Source: Macrostomum lignano
Lineage: Eukaryota
Assembly (NCBI GenBank): GCA_002269645.1
Contig: NIVC01000612.1
Span: forward strand, 144,620-208,619
Direction of reading: 5' to 3'
DNA: 64,000 nucleotides
Position numbers and translations under genes: made by a program. This document shows positions 52,601-64,000 of the stretch, in pieces (positions within the stretch are counted from its first letter, which is position 1; each line of letters starts with the position of its first letter). The notes beneath the pieces were generated by a model. The model made no database searches, was not told the origin of the DNA, and saw nothing but the letters and a program-made list of their open reading frames with translations.

Positions 52601-55600
52601 TGGGGATCTGGATTGGGGATCAGGATTGGGGATCAGGATTGGGGATCAGGATTGAAGATAAGGATTGGGGATCAGGATAGACTATCAGGATAGACTATCA
52701 GGATAGACTATCAGGATTGACTATCAGGATAGACAATCAGGATTGGGGATCAGGATTGAGGATCAGGATGGACTATCAGGATAGACTATCAGGATTGGGG
52801 ATCTGGATTGGGGATTAGGATTGGGTATCAGGATTGGGGATCAGGATTGAAGATAAGGATTGGGGATCAGGATAGACTATCAGGATAGACTATCAGGATA
52901 GACTATCAGGATAGACTATCAGGATAGACAATCAGGATTGGGGATCTGGATTGGGGATTAGGATTGGGTATCAGGATTGGGGATCAGGATTGGGGATCAG
53001 GATTGGGGATCAGGATTGGGGATCAGGATTGGGGATCAGGATTGGGGATCAGGATTGGGGATCAGGATTGGGGATCAGGATTGGGGATCAGGATTGGGGA
53101 TCAGGATTGGGATCAGGATTAAAGATCAGGATTGGGGATCAGGATTGGGGATCAGGATTGGGGATCAGGATTGGGGATCAGGATTGGGGATCAGGATTGG
53201 GGATCAGGATTGGGGATCAGGATTGAAGATCAGGATTGGGGATCAGGATTGGGGATCAGGATTGGGGATCAGGATTGGGGATCAGGATTGGGGATCAGGA
53301 TTGGGATCAGGATTGGGGATCAGGATTGGGGATCAGGATTGAAGATCAGGATTGGGGATCAGGATTGGGGATCAGGATAGACTATCAGGATAGACTATCA
53401 GGATTGGGGATCTGGATTGGGCATTAGGATTGGTTATCAGGATAGACTATCAGGATTGGGGATCAGGATTGGGGATTAGGATTGGGATCAGGATTGGGGA
53501 TCAGGATTGGGGATCAGGATTGGGGATCAGGATTAGGGATCAGGATTGGGGATCAGGATTGGGGATCAGGATTGGGGATCAGGATTGGGGATCAGGATTG
53601 GGATCAGGATTGGGGATCAGGATTGGGATCAGGATTGGGGATCAGGATTGGGGATCAGGATTGGGGATCAGGATTGGGGATCAGGATTGGATCAGGATTG
53701 GGGATCAGGATTGGGGATCAGGATTGGGGGTCAGGATTGGGGATCAGGATTGGGGATCAGGATTGGGGATCAGGATTGAAGATCAGGATTGGGGATCAGA
53801 GATAGACTATCAGGATAGACTATCAGGATAGACTATCAGGATTGGGTATCTGGATTGGGGATCTGGATTGGGGATTAGGATTGGGTATCAGGATTGGGGA
53901 TCAGGATTGGGGATCAGGATAGACTATCAGGATTGGGGATCTGGATTGGGGATTAGGATTGGGGATCAGGATTGGGGATCAGGATTGGGGATCAGGATTG
54001 GGGATCAGGATTGGGGATCAGGATAGACTATCAGGATAGACTATCAGGATTGGGGATCAGGATTGAGGATCAGGATGGACTATCAGGATAGACTATCAGG
54101 ATTGGGGATCTGGATTGGGGATTAGGATTGGGTATCAGGATTGGGGATCAGGATTGAAGATAAGGATTGGGGATCAGGATAGACTATCAGGATAGACTAT
54201 CAGGATAGACTATCAGGATAGACTATCAGGATAGACAATCAGGATTGGGGATCTGGATTGGGGATTAGGATTGGGTATCAGGATTGGGGATCAGGATTGG
54301 GATCAGGATTGGGGATCAGGATTGGGGATCAGGATTGGGGATCAGATTGGGGATCAGGATTGGGGATCAGGATTGGGGATCAGGATTGGGGATCAGGATT
54401 GGGGATCAGGATTGGGGACAGATTAAAGATCAGGATTGGGGATCAGGATTGGGGATCAGGATTGGGGATCAGGATTGGGGATCAGGATTGGGGATCAGGA
54501 TTGGGGATCAGGATTGGGATCAGGATTGAAGATCAGGATTGGGGATCAGGATTGGGGATCAGGATTGGGGATCAGGATTGGGGATCAGGATTGGGGATCA
54601 GGATTGGGGATCAGGATTGGGGATCAGGATTGGGGATCAGGATTGAAGATCAGGATTGGGGATCAGGATTGGGGATCAGGATAGACTATCAGGAATAGAC
54701 TATCAGGATTGGGGATCTGATTGGGCATTAGGATTGGTTATCAGGATAGACTATCAGGATTGGGGATCAGGATTGGGGATTAGGATTGGGGATCAGGATT
54801 GGGGATCAGGATTGGGGATCAGGATTGGGGATCAGGATTAGGGATCAGGATTGGGGATCAGGATTGGGGCAGGATTGGGGATCAGAGATTGGGATCAGGA
54901 TTGGGGATCAGGATTGGGGATCAGGATTGGGGATCAGGATTGGGATCAGGATTGGGGATCAGGATTGGGATCAGGATTGGGGATCAGGATTGGGGATCAG
55001 GATTGGATCAGGATTGGGATCAGGATTGGGGATCAGGATTGGGGGTCAGGATTGGGGATCAGGATTGGGGATCAGGATTGGGGATCAGGATTGGGGATCA
55101 GGATTGGGGATCAGGATAGACTATCAGGATAGACTATCAGGATAGACTATCAGGATTGGGTATCTGGATTGGGGATCTGGATTGGGGATTAGGATTGGGT
55201 ATCAGGATTGGGGATCAGGATTGGGGATCAGGATAGACTATCAGGATTGGGGATTGGATTGGGGATTAGATTGGGGATCAGGATTGGGGATCAGGAATTG
55301 GGGATCAGGATTGGGGATCAGGATTGGGATCAGGATAGACTATCAGGATAGACTATCAGGATTGGGTATCTGGATTGGGATCTGGATTGGGGATTAGGAT
55401 TGGTATCAGGATTGGGGATCAGGATTGGGGATCAGGATAGACTATCAGGATTGGGGATCAGGATTGGGATCAGGATTTGGGATCAGAGATTGGGGATCAG
55501 GATTGGGGATCAGGATTGGGGATCAGGATTGGGGATTAGGATTGGGGATCTGGATTGGGGATCAGGATTGGGATCAGGATTGGGGATCAGGATTGGGGAT

Positions 55601-56186
55601 CAGGATTGGGGATCAGGATTGGGGATCAGGATTGGGGATCAGGATTGGGATCAGGATTGGGGATCAGGATTGGGATCAGGATTTGGGATGGAGATTGAGG
55701 ATCAGGATTGGGGATCAGGATTGGGATGAGATTGAGGATCAGGATTGGGATCAGGATTGGGGATCAGGATTGGGGATCAGGATTGGGGATCAGGATTGGG
55801 GATCAGGATTGGGGATCAGGATTGGGGATCAGGATTGGGGATCAGGATTGGGGATCAGGATTGGGGATCAGGATTGAAGATCAGGATTGGGGATCAGGAT
55901 AGACTATCAGGATAGACTATCGGGATAGACTATCAGGATTGGGGATCTGAATTGGGATCAGGATTGGGGATGGCGATTGAGGATCAGGATTGGGGATGAG
56001 CACGGAGGATCTGGATTGGGAATCAGGATTGGGGATCAGGATTGGGGATCAGGATTGGGGATCAGGATTGGGGATCAGGATTGGGATCAGGATTGGGGAT
56101 CAGGATTGGGGATCAGGATTGGGGATCAGGATTGGGGATCAGGATTGGGGATCAGGATTGGGGATCAGGATTGGGGATCAGGATTA
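49606..56186. repeat. 13-bp G-rich satellite (GGGGATCAGGATT)n, ~500 copies, with variant AGACTATCAGGAT blocks
   Basis: Direct reading; all GSGLGIRIGDQDW ORFs are artefacts of the 13-bp period. Confidence 0.98.
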
Positions 56187-56339
56187 TTGGGAGTGAAACA
56201 GCCGGACACATTGAGACTGAGGAGATGCTCGACCATCCTTGCAGCGGTGCTAAAATCAAATAATTCAAAGATTCACTACTATAATTGCAGCCTTGGGGAC
56301 AACAAAGTTAATAATTTTGAGTGTCATCCATGCCAGCAA

Positions 56340-57504
56340 CAAGGACTACTTAAGAACACAGGACGTTACACTTGCAAATATTGGCAGAATTCTAAAAGGC
56401 CGCTTTGAATGCATGTGTCTATGGTTTTAGTGGCCTTTTTGCTTAGTAATTCGCATCGCAGCGTAGCATGATACTCATAACCCATAAGTCTACGTTAGAG
56501 CACCAAGCAGACAAGATCGCAAACAGCTCACTTTATTGTGTTCTCTGGATCTTTTATTTCTTTCTTCAAATTAAATTATCAATTGAGTTATACAAGATGC
56601 CGACGAAGTGTTGCGTTCCAGGCTGCACAAGCAACTACAAAAGTGGTAAAAGGTGCACCGTATATACTTTTCCGAAACAAGAGGCTGAAATTGACTCCTG
56701 GATGAAGGCTTTGCGGTTATGTCTCGTACAAGGAAAATTTGTCCGGGAAAAGCACCGAGGCATATGCTACAGACAACAGCTGTGAGTTCACAAAGTTGGT
56801 GTCTCGCGGAAAATTGAGTCATCCGCCAGAATGGCTTGTTGTGTATGCTAGTTTCTGCTACGTCTTCTTTCTCGGCTCCGGACAGCGTTGCGTTAACAGT
56901 TCAGTTAATGTGTTTCTGAGAATTTTCGACTCTTTTTTGGATATTGCACTTGCAACGAGCTACTTATAAGAATATCTCGCCGGTTTGCAAATTCCTTTTA
57001 CAAGGGTTTAGTAAGAAAGGAATCTGAAACTGAGAGACATCAAAGCGGTGTTGGTGCAAGACGGTTACGAAAATTAAACTCCGGTTAACTTTGTGACGAA
57101 TTTATTACTATTTTCACTGTCATCTTTGCTACCATCGTGTTGCTTCTACATTTTAAACAAGTCCATGAATCGGGATATGAGCGAATAAGTATTATTATTG
57201 TTGACCAAGTGTAGTTTCTATCATTCAATATTCATTCTTGTTATTTTTGGGTATTTCTTCGTTTTTTGTTAAACTTCTACACCCTGTTCACGATCACCTT
57301 TTGGAGAAAATATAAATATTTTGTCGGTGTACATGCATATAAAAAGCTTTATTTACTAGGCTTTAATTTCTATTCATGTATTATACACATTGCTTCAAAT
57401 AGCAAAAAGGCCACTAAAACCATAGACACATGCATTCAAAGCGGCCTTTTAGAATTCTGCCAATATTTGCAAGTGTAACGTTCTGTGTTCTTAAGTAGTC
57501 CTTG
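56340..57504 (+). mobile_element. Internally deleted P element (THAP-type)
   Basis: 104-bp near-perfect TIRs starting CAAGG; perfect 8-bp TSD GCCAGCAA; ATG 56597 MPTKCCVPGCTSNY...FPKQEAEIDSWMKAL (THAP N-terminal part) joined to VSRGKLSHPPEW (P transposase C-terminal-like). Confidence 0.92.
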
Positions 57505-57793
57505 GCCAGCAATAAAGCGAGTTTGAAGCTGTGTTCAAGAATCGAAGCAGTAGGCTAATGCTCCCAAACTGGAGAACCTGATTTACTGGAACAATTATGT
57601 ACATTAAATTTAAGAGTCAGATTCAAATACACTTGATAAAGAATTTTTACACAGCTGATGCCCTTTGCTACAGTTAGGGTACACAAGTGTTTTGTCAAAG
57701 ACAGGACTTTCAATATTGCTATTGGCACCAGAAAATTGCATGTAGATGTGGCCAATTTTGCATCCAAAATGAACGAAACTGAAAGTTGTTAGC

Positions 57794-57811
57794 CAGGGGG
57801 TCGGCAAACTC
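57794..57811 (+). mobile_element. Orphan hAT (Charlie-like) terminal motif
   Basis: CAGGGGGTCGGCAAACT resembles a Charlie/Buster TIR; no partner end found. Confidence 0.4.
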
Positions 57812-57981
57812 TCCGAAGCCTCTCGATCCGGCCCGGGGATTAATAATTGTATTAGCGATCTGGACTGCTCACGGGCTTGTGTCTCTTTCAGTGCTCTCCT
57901 CTCTTCTCTCCTCTCTCTCATCTCTGTTTTTCTATTCTGTAATCTCGTCTCTTCCCTCTCCTCTCTTTTTCTAATCTCTCA

Positions 57982-58059
<78 letters not shown>
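57982..58059. repeat. (CT)n microsatellite in a CT-rich tract
   Basis: Direct reading. Confidence 0.95.
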
Positions 58060-58061
<2 letters not shown>

Positions 58062-58279
58062 CTCTCCTCTTATCTGTCATATCATATCTTCTCTTCTGAG
58101 CTCCCTCTTTCCTTTTCTCTCTCATTTGGCTCTCTTATGAACTGGATTCTTTATCTGACCCTTGAGGTACGCATGCAGACCCTGGGTTTAAAAACCCTTG
58201 GCAGTGTACCGTAGTGTACGAGTAGAAGCTGTAAACTTTGTGACACGTAAAAATTAAAATCTCTGAGCAATCAACATTC

Positions 58280-59363
58280 TTCGCCTTCCTGCTCAGCCTG
58301 CTCAAGCTGAACCTGGAGCGCAACGAATCCGAGTTCCCAATTCGATGGCAAGCACTTCCTGTAGGTAAAAGGCACTGCCATGGGGAAGTCGTTCGCGCCC
58401 AGCTACAGCAACATCTACATGGGCTACTGGAGCAGAGAGGTCTGGAGACCAGCCCGCAGAAGCTCAGCCTTTGGCTTCGCTACATTGATGAAATCTTCGG
58501 CGTGTGGCGCGGCACAGAGGCGGAGCTGGCCCAGTTCCATCAACACCTGGACGCCCTCGACCCGAACATCCGGCTTCAACTGAGCTACAGCAGCGCAGAG
58601 GTGAACTTCCTGGACACCACCGTCCTCTGGGACCGCGAAGGCCACATTAAGAGCCTGGCAAGCAGGGTGTACTTCAAGCCCACCGACAGCCGAGCCCTCA
58701 TTCACCACGGCTCCTTTCATCCTAAGTGGACTTTCCGAGGCGTGGTGAAATCCCAGCTCCTCAGGTACGCCCGGCGGTGCTCCCGGTTGGCCAACTTCGA
58801 CGCAGCAGGCACCTCGCTGATGTCGAATCTGGTGCAACACCAAGGCTACAGCCAGCGTTTCCTCCGCACCATCAAGTACGACGTGCTGACTGAGCTGGGC
58901 TTCTACCCGACCAGACGGTGGGAGTTCGGCTTCCTGCCGTGCAACTCGGCCCGGCTCTGCAAGTGCTGCCAGGCGCATGCCAGGTTCACCTCCGTCTACC
59001 CCGGATCTGCTGCCACATCGGTCCAACTCGTCATCAGTCCCAGGATCGACTGCAACGCAATGAACGCCGGTGCGACCACACTGTGTTTGTCGGCGAGACC
59101 GTCAACAGCATCCGCGTCGCATACTGGCGCACATCGGCGACATCCGACACGCCCGCGACACTCCGGTGGCCCGCCACTTCACCAGCGATGGCCACAGCCT
59201 GGCAGACTTCGCCTTAACCGGCGTGTGGACTCAGGACGGCGCAGGACCGAAGGCCAATGAACGGCGTCAGCGCCAAGAAGCCAAGCTGATTGATGTCCTG
59301 AGGACCCGTTTTCCGCATGGCGCCAACGAGATTTTGGCCGTTGTGCAGCATCCGAGGCCCTAG
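58280..59363 (+). pseudogene. Penelope-like element fragment (RT C-terminal half plus GIY-YIG endonuclease)
   Basis: FDGKHFL*VKGTAMGKSFAPSYSNIYM; RYIDEIFGVW; VNFLDTTV; YFKPTD...SFHPK...GVVKSQLLRY; FVGET; TPVARHF...EAKLIDVLRTRFPHGANE; several frameshifts. Confidence 0.93.
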
Positions 59364-60029
59364 TTGTCATTGTGAGGGACCGGCTGGAACGACACTGCGA
59401 GGCCCCGGTGCTGCCAGCCTACACCAAGGGCAGGAGCCTCCGGGAGTTGCTCTGCCGCAGTCGGCTCGAACCTGCCAATTAACATATTCAGGTATTTTTG
59501 CTCTCCCTACTCTGCGTTTTTTCTGCTCCTCTGCCATTGTTTGTACTTGTTTGTTGACTCTGTCACCTTGTGCGGTGCGGTAACTCTTTCTACGCAACGT
59601 TTATTTCTTACCTATTTAATTTTTTTGTTTTATATTATCGGGTGATATTCTATTTGGAAATATCTAATTTGACATTTAAATGTCGGTAAGGCCTTTGTTT
59701 TTTATTCTATTTATTTTGATCTATTACTCATCATACTCAATCTATTTATTTTGCCAATTTATAGTTCTCGTATATTTCTCTATGTACTATCGTACTTTAC
59801 TTTTTACAATCAATCTTTGCCATAGCTTGACTGCGCATTTGGGGCAAAAAATGTGCGCCTCTCTCCCAGTAATGAAAATGGCAGTCCAGCACCCATCCTC
59901 AGGATTCCCTGTTGCCACCGTGATGCCACCCTCGGTGCCTTTCCTTTTCCCCTCCTAAACTGATGATTTTAAATATTCTGCTTTTGTTTTAAACTCGCAG
60001 CATCCCCACTTTCTGTACTTCATCGAAGC

Positions 60030-60680
60030 TGCTATTTTTTGTGCCGAGGCGCCGACGGACAAGCGACGAAGCTTCCGTGCTGTCAGCAGTTCGTCTACCT
60101 CGGCTGTCTGGTGCCTGACGTTTGCGAGGACCTGCGACGTCTTCGTGGACTTGCCTGGGCTGCTTTCCGTTCCGTGAGGGTTGTCCTGCAGTCCGAGGCG
60201 CTGCCCGACTGCCAGAGGGCGGCGTTGTTCCAGGTGGTAATCGAGACCGTCCTGCTGTACAACGCCGAGACCTGGACGCTGACGGATTCGCTCGAACAGC
60301 TGGTCGATGCGGCGCACGCTGGCCTGCTGCGCGCCGCCTTCAAGATCGGCTACGAGCGAGTGACCAATGCGGCACTCTATCGCCGCACCGGCCTGTCCCG
60401 CCCCAGCGAACTGTTGCGCCGTCGGCGACTCCAGCTGGCAGGCCAGTTCATCCGAGCCGAGTCGTACTGCTCACAGCCGGTGCAGGAGGTGCTGCTACTG
60501 ACGCTACAGGCACCCTACCGGCGGGGCAGGCGCGTACTCGGCGTTTCGTCGACTGCCTGCTGGCTGATGCCGGCGCCCCGGACAACTGCCGGCGGCGCCG
60601 CCTAGGTTCGCGCCCAGGCCTTGAAACGCGCCTTGTGACATTGTCTGCTAACTGATTGACAACAACAACAACAACAACAA
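60030..60680 (+). mobile_element. RTE-clade LINE 3' fragment with (CAA)n tail
   Basis: FVYLG...VLLYNAETWTL...TNAALY...RRRRLQLAGQFIR; tail at 60659-60680. Confidence 0.9.
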
Positions 60681-61985
60681 GGTACTGCTCCCGCCGGCCA
60701 CGCAGTAGCCAGAAAGGGGGGAGCAGTCAGAAAGCGCGTCTCTGGGCCATTGCCCTCAGGAAGTCGCATCCCCCTGCTTGGTCCGGGGCGCCAGCGTCAC
60801 TCAAAAGTCGGTTAGGGTATCGCACCGTTTGCCCTTGGCCTCGCCTCCGCGGTCCCTGCAGCTTGAGCAGCAGCACGTCGTGTAGCGGCTCAGGACAGCG
60901 GGCCTCCGACCGGATGACGTGGCCAGCCAGTCGAAGTCGCCGCCCGCGCAGCAGGTCAGAAGGCCGCGTCAGGCGCGCCCTAGTGTAGAGCGCGCATTGG
61001 TCTCGCTGCCTGGGCCGCTGCGCACTCCGAAAGCCGCACGCAGCATTGCCGCATGCGCAGCGTCCAGCTGCCTCTCCAAGGCGTCCGTCAGGGTCCAAGT
61101 CTCGGCGTTGTACAACAGGACAGTCTCGACGACTGCCTGAAACAGCCGAGCCTTGAGCCCGTCGTCCAGGGCCTCAGATTGGAGCACGGAGCGCACAGAT
61201 CGAAATGCGGCCCAGGCCAGTCCTCGTCGTCTCTTCAGGTCGTCGGCAACGTCCGGCACGGAACCGCCGAGGTACACAAAGCGCTCGCAGCGGGTAAGCA
61301 TAAATGCATTCCCAGCCGCAGCGTCTCGGTAATTGATCTCGGCCGGCAAGTCGGAGGGCACCGTGAACACTACCGTCTTCCGCGCGTTCAGCTTAAGGCC
61401 GACCCGCGACGCTGCCGCCATCAGGCCATCAAGCAGCCGCTGGGCACCTTCAGCCGTCGATGAAAGTAGGCGCGAGGTCGTCCGCGTAGCCGAGAACGGA
61501 GAGCCGCTTCTCCGGGTGCCACCGACTCGTGCGTCTTCTCAAAAGGAAGCCGTCATCCAGGTTGGGCAGGCCGGTTTTCAGCACCCAGTCCAGTGCCAGC
61601 ACAAACAGAAAAGGCGCCAAAGTGTCACCCTGCAGCACGCCTGACGACGTGCTGAATTGATCTGACAGTCCATCTGGCGTCATCACCGAAGCGGTCGTGT
61701 CCTGGTACATTCGCCATGATGGCGGAAATCAGTTGCTCCGGTACATTGTACGCACGAAGCACGAGAGGCAGCGCGCCGCGAGCCAGCGAGTCGAAGGCCT
61801 TGAGGAAATCAATGAAGATCACCACGAGACTTGACTGAATGGATGCGCGCCTCCTCGATGATGCGGCGGAGGGCTAGGATCTGCGTCACTGTGCCGCGAT
61901 GTGGGCGGAACCCGTTCTGCTCAGTTCGCAGGAACTGGTCCAGCACAGGCTGTAACCGAGCCAGCAGCACCCGGTTGAACAGCTT
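60681..61985 (-). mobile_element. RTE-clade LINE fragment (RT domain to C-terminus), related family, frameshifted
   Basis: QNGFRPHRGT, FIDFLKAFDS, GVLQGDTLAPFLF, GYADDL, GLKLNARKT, FVYLGG, LLYNAETWTL. Confidence 0.92.
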
Positions 61986-61999
61986 CGGTTGTCCACTCG

Positions 62000-62720
62000 C
62001 GGGCGCGGCCTGCGAGGTTTGATTGACAACGTATTTTGTTGTTGTTGTTGTACTTCAGAAATATTCATAAAACGGATCAAGCGGCTCCAATATGCATGTG
62101 CTCTGCCCGAGGTTTATTGGCCAGACTTTAACATTTGGAAGCCAAAGGCCTGCACTGCAGGCCATATCGAAACGGCCCAAAAATCCAGAGATTGAACAAT
62201 GTCTATGGCATCAAAAACCATCTCCCAATCACTAAAGCAACTGCCCAGTATGGCCTGCTGTGCAGGTCATGATTGATTTAAAGAAGTCCATTGTGCATTT
62301 CCGTTATGTTTTCACTCAAATGTTAAAGGTGAAATAAGCGTGTGGCAGTGAAAATGAGGTGATGCACAAATGTATGTTGGTCGTATTAAATGTAGCTAAC
62401 TTTAATCACTTCACTTTCGTCTGGATTTTCTGGTAGATCGATGCTTGGATTGATGGTCGAAACCCTCGAATTCCGGCCGTCATGGTCAAACGAGTTGTCA
62501 TTTCGAACCCTTTTTTACTGGGTCCAGGGGCTAATTCAACCATTCCGCGGTCGCCTCATCTTGGCTCTCATCAGTTTCTGGATCCATACTTTCCGACTCC
62601 GTTTCTGACTCAAAAACCGTTGAGTCATCGCTTGATAAAGCGTCTTCCGAATCGGAATCGAGTCCCAGTCTGCGCAAGGCGTCACTTTTAGCTGTCCTTA
62701 TCGGGCGCGTAAAGCAATTT
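62000..62720 (-). pseudogene. Possible degenerate piggyBac-like transposase N-terminus
   Basis: Acidic DSDSEDALSSDD...EW stretch, then NPSIDLPENPDESEVIK and AYWS...RFMNISE motifs in shifting frames; weak. Confidence 0.35.
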
Positions 62721-63559
62721 GTGGGTAGGAAGGTTTGAAGCAAGGAGCTAGCAGAAAAAGTCTGTGGTATACTTTACTTCTGGGCTTCTAGGGTGTGCAC
62801 TCGATTCAGCAAAAAAGACAAATTTGTCTATGGACTGCTCTGCAGGCCTTTGAGCTTTTAAGCGATCTTACAGAACCAAGTTTGGTATATAGCTATGATT
62901 ATTGGTAATATCAGATATTTGGCAATAATGAAGCTGAACTTGTGCTAAACGGCTCTGTTTTGTTTCAAACTGCTTTCTGTCTGCGTAGCAATGGATAAAT
63001 AATCAGCGGTCCCAGTGTCGTGCTGCGACCGCTGATTATTTGCATTGTTATACTGCTTGATCATCCTACAAACAATGCATTGTTAGTAGTAATATATTGT
63101 TCTGGCATAAAAAATGTAAATAATGATCGTCAAATTGCTAGACAATGAATGGAGGCTTCACGTGCGACAGATTTTGTAGCTATTTTGAGGAATTCGTGTA
63201 GAAAGACATCACCAACAAGTTTCGATTTTGAATTACAAAATGTACATTTCATGTATCTGAATTGCGTGTATCTGCAAGTTCAGCTTATTTCATTTTTATA
63301 TTTATTAGTCGATTTTCGTTGCAAAAATACTTTCGGCTCCTATCTGTGCAGCGAGAAAATTAAATATCATTTGCAGCTTACAATTGGAGGAGCATAATAC
63401 GGCATGTGCATCTACTTGTACGAGTACCATGTGAAATTATGTTGTGTATGAAACGAGTATATAGTGTGCCAGGATTCCAAGAGTGAACTGAGTGTAAAAG
63501 TGTGAGTGTGAGAGAGACAGTGAGAAAGTGAGTGTGAGGGAGTGAGTGAAAAAAGTGAG

Positions 63560-63783
63560 TGAGAGAGTGAGGGTGAGAGAGTGAGGGTGAGAGAGTGAGA
63601 GTGAGAGAGTGAGGGTGAAGAGAGTGAGGGTGAGAGAGTGAGGGTGAGAGAGTGAGGGTGAGAGAGTGAGGGTGAGAGAGTGAGGGTGAGAGAGTGAGAG
63701 TGAGAGAGTGGGTGAGAGAGTGAGGGTGAGAGAGTGAGGGTGAGAGAGTGAGGGTGAGAGAGTGAGGGTGAGAGAGTGAGGGT
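63560..63783. repeat. 14-bp minisatellite (GAGAGAGTGAGGGT)n
   Basis: Direct reading; degenerate GT/GA-rich flank from ~63495. Confidence 0.92.
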
Positions 63784-64000
63784 TAGTTAAATTTCCAACA
63801 CAATTCAATTTACAATAAAATTCAAACTTACAATAAAGTTCTATTTCCAAAACAAGTAAACATAAAACACTTCAATTTCATACCGGTTTTTGTTTTTGGG
63901 TCCAGTTGGTTTTCAAAACCTTCATCAGTCACATAAGCAAAAGTGCCTGTCTGGGCGAAGTTTTAAGGGCACTTTTTCTAATCCAGCCATTGGCCGATGT

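Overview
This 64-kb window is repeat-dense eukaryotic (metazoan-type) genomic DNA. It shows spliceosomal GT/AG signals and Gypsy, BEL, DIRS/Ngaro, Penelope, RTE, hAT, P, Harbinger and Helitron-type elements. The composition would fit an invertebrate such as a free-living flatworm, but I cannot verify that. The backbone is an old tandem segmental duplication: block A (~10.2-31.2 kb) and block B (~34.5-48.8 kb). Each block carries a minus-strand gene whose main exon is an array of 216-bp (72-aa, two-ankyrin) units. Copy A has 17 units, one 1-bp frameshift and one TGG>TAG stop; copy B has 9 units and is fully open. Unit frameworks are almost invariant in DNA, while amino-acid variation concentrates at the ankyrin binding-surface positions, which is the most interesting signal here. 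Both blocks share a candidate start exon (ATG GCT GAG|GTGAG) beside (GACA)n-filled introns. Other contents: a young Gypsy element nested in a hAT MITE, several MITEs with TSDs (one only 38 bp), a YR-less Ngaro/DIRS element with a SAP-domain gag hit by a LINE 3' end, a head-to-tail Helitron-like array, two BEL fragments, a Harbinger fragment, a tRNA-derived SINE, a 6.6-kb 13-bp G-rich satellite with higher-order structure, an internally deleted P element, a Penelope fragment, convergent RTE fragments and many mini/microsatellites. I found no rRNA, bona fide tRNA or CRISPR array.
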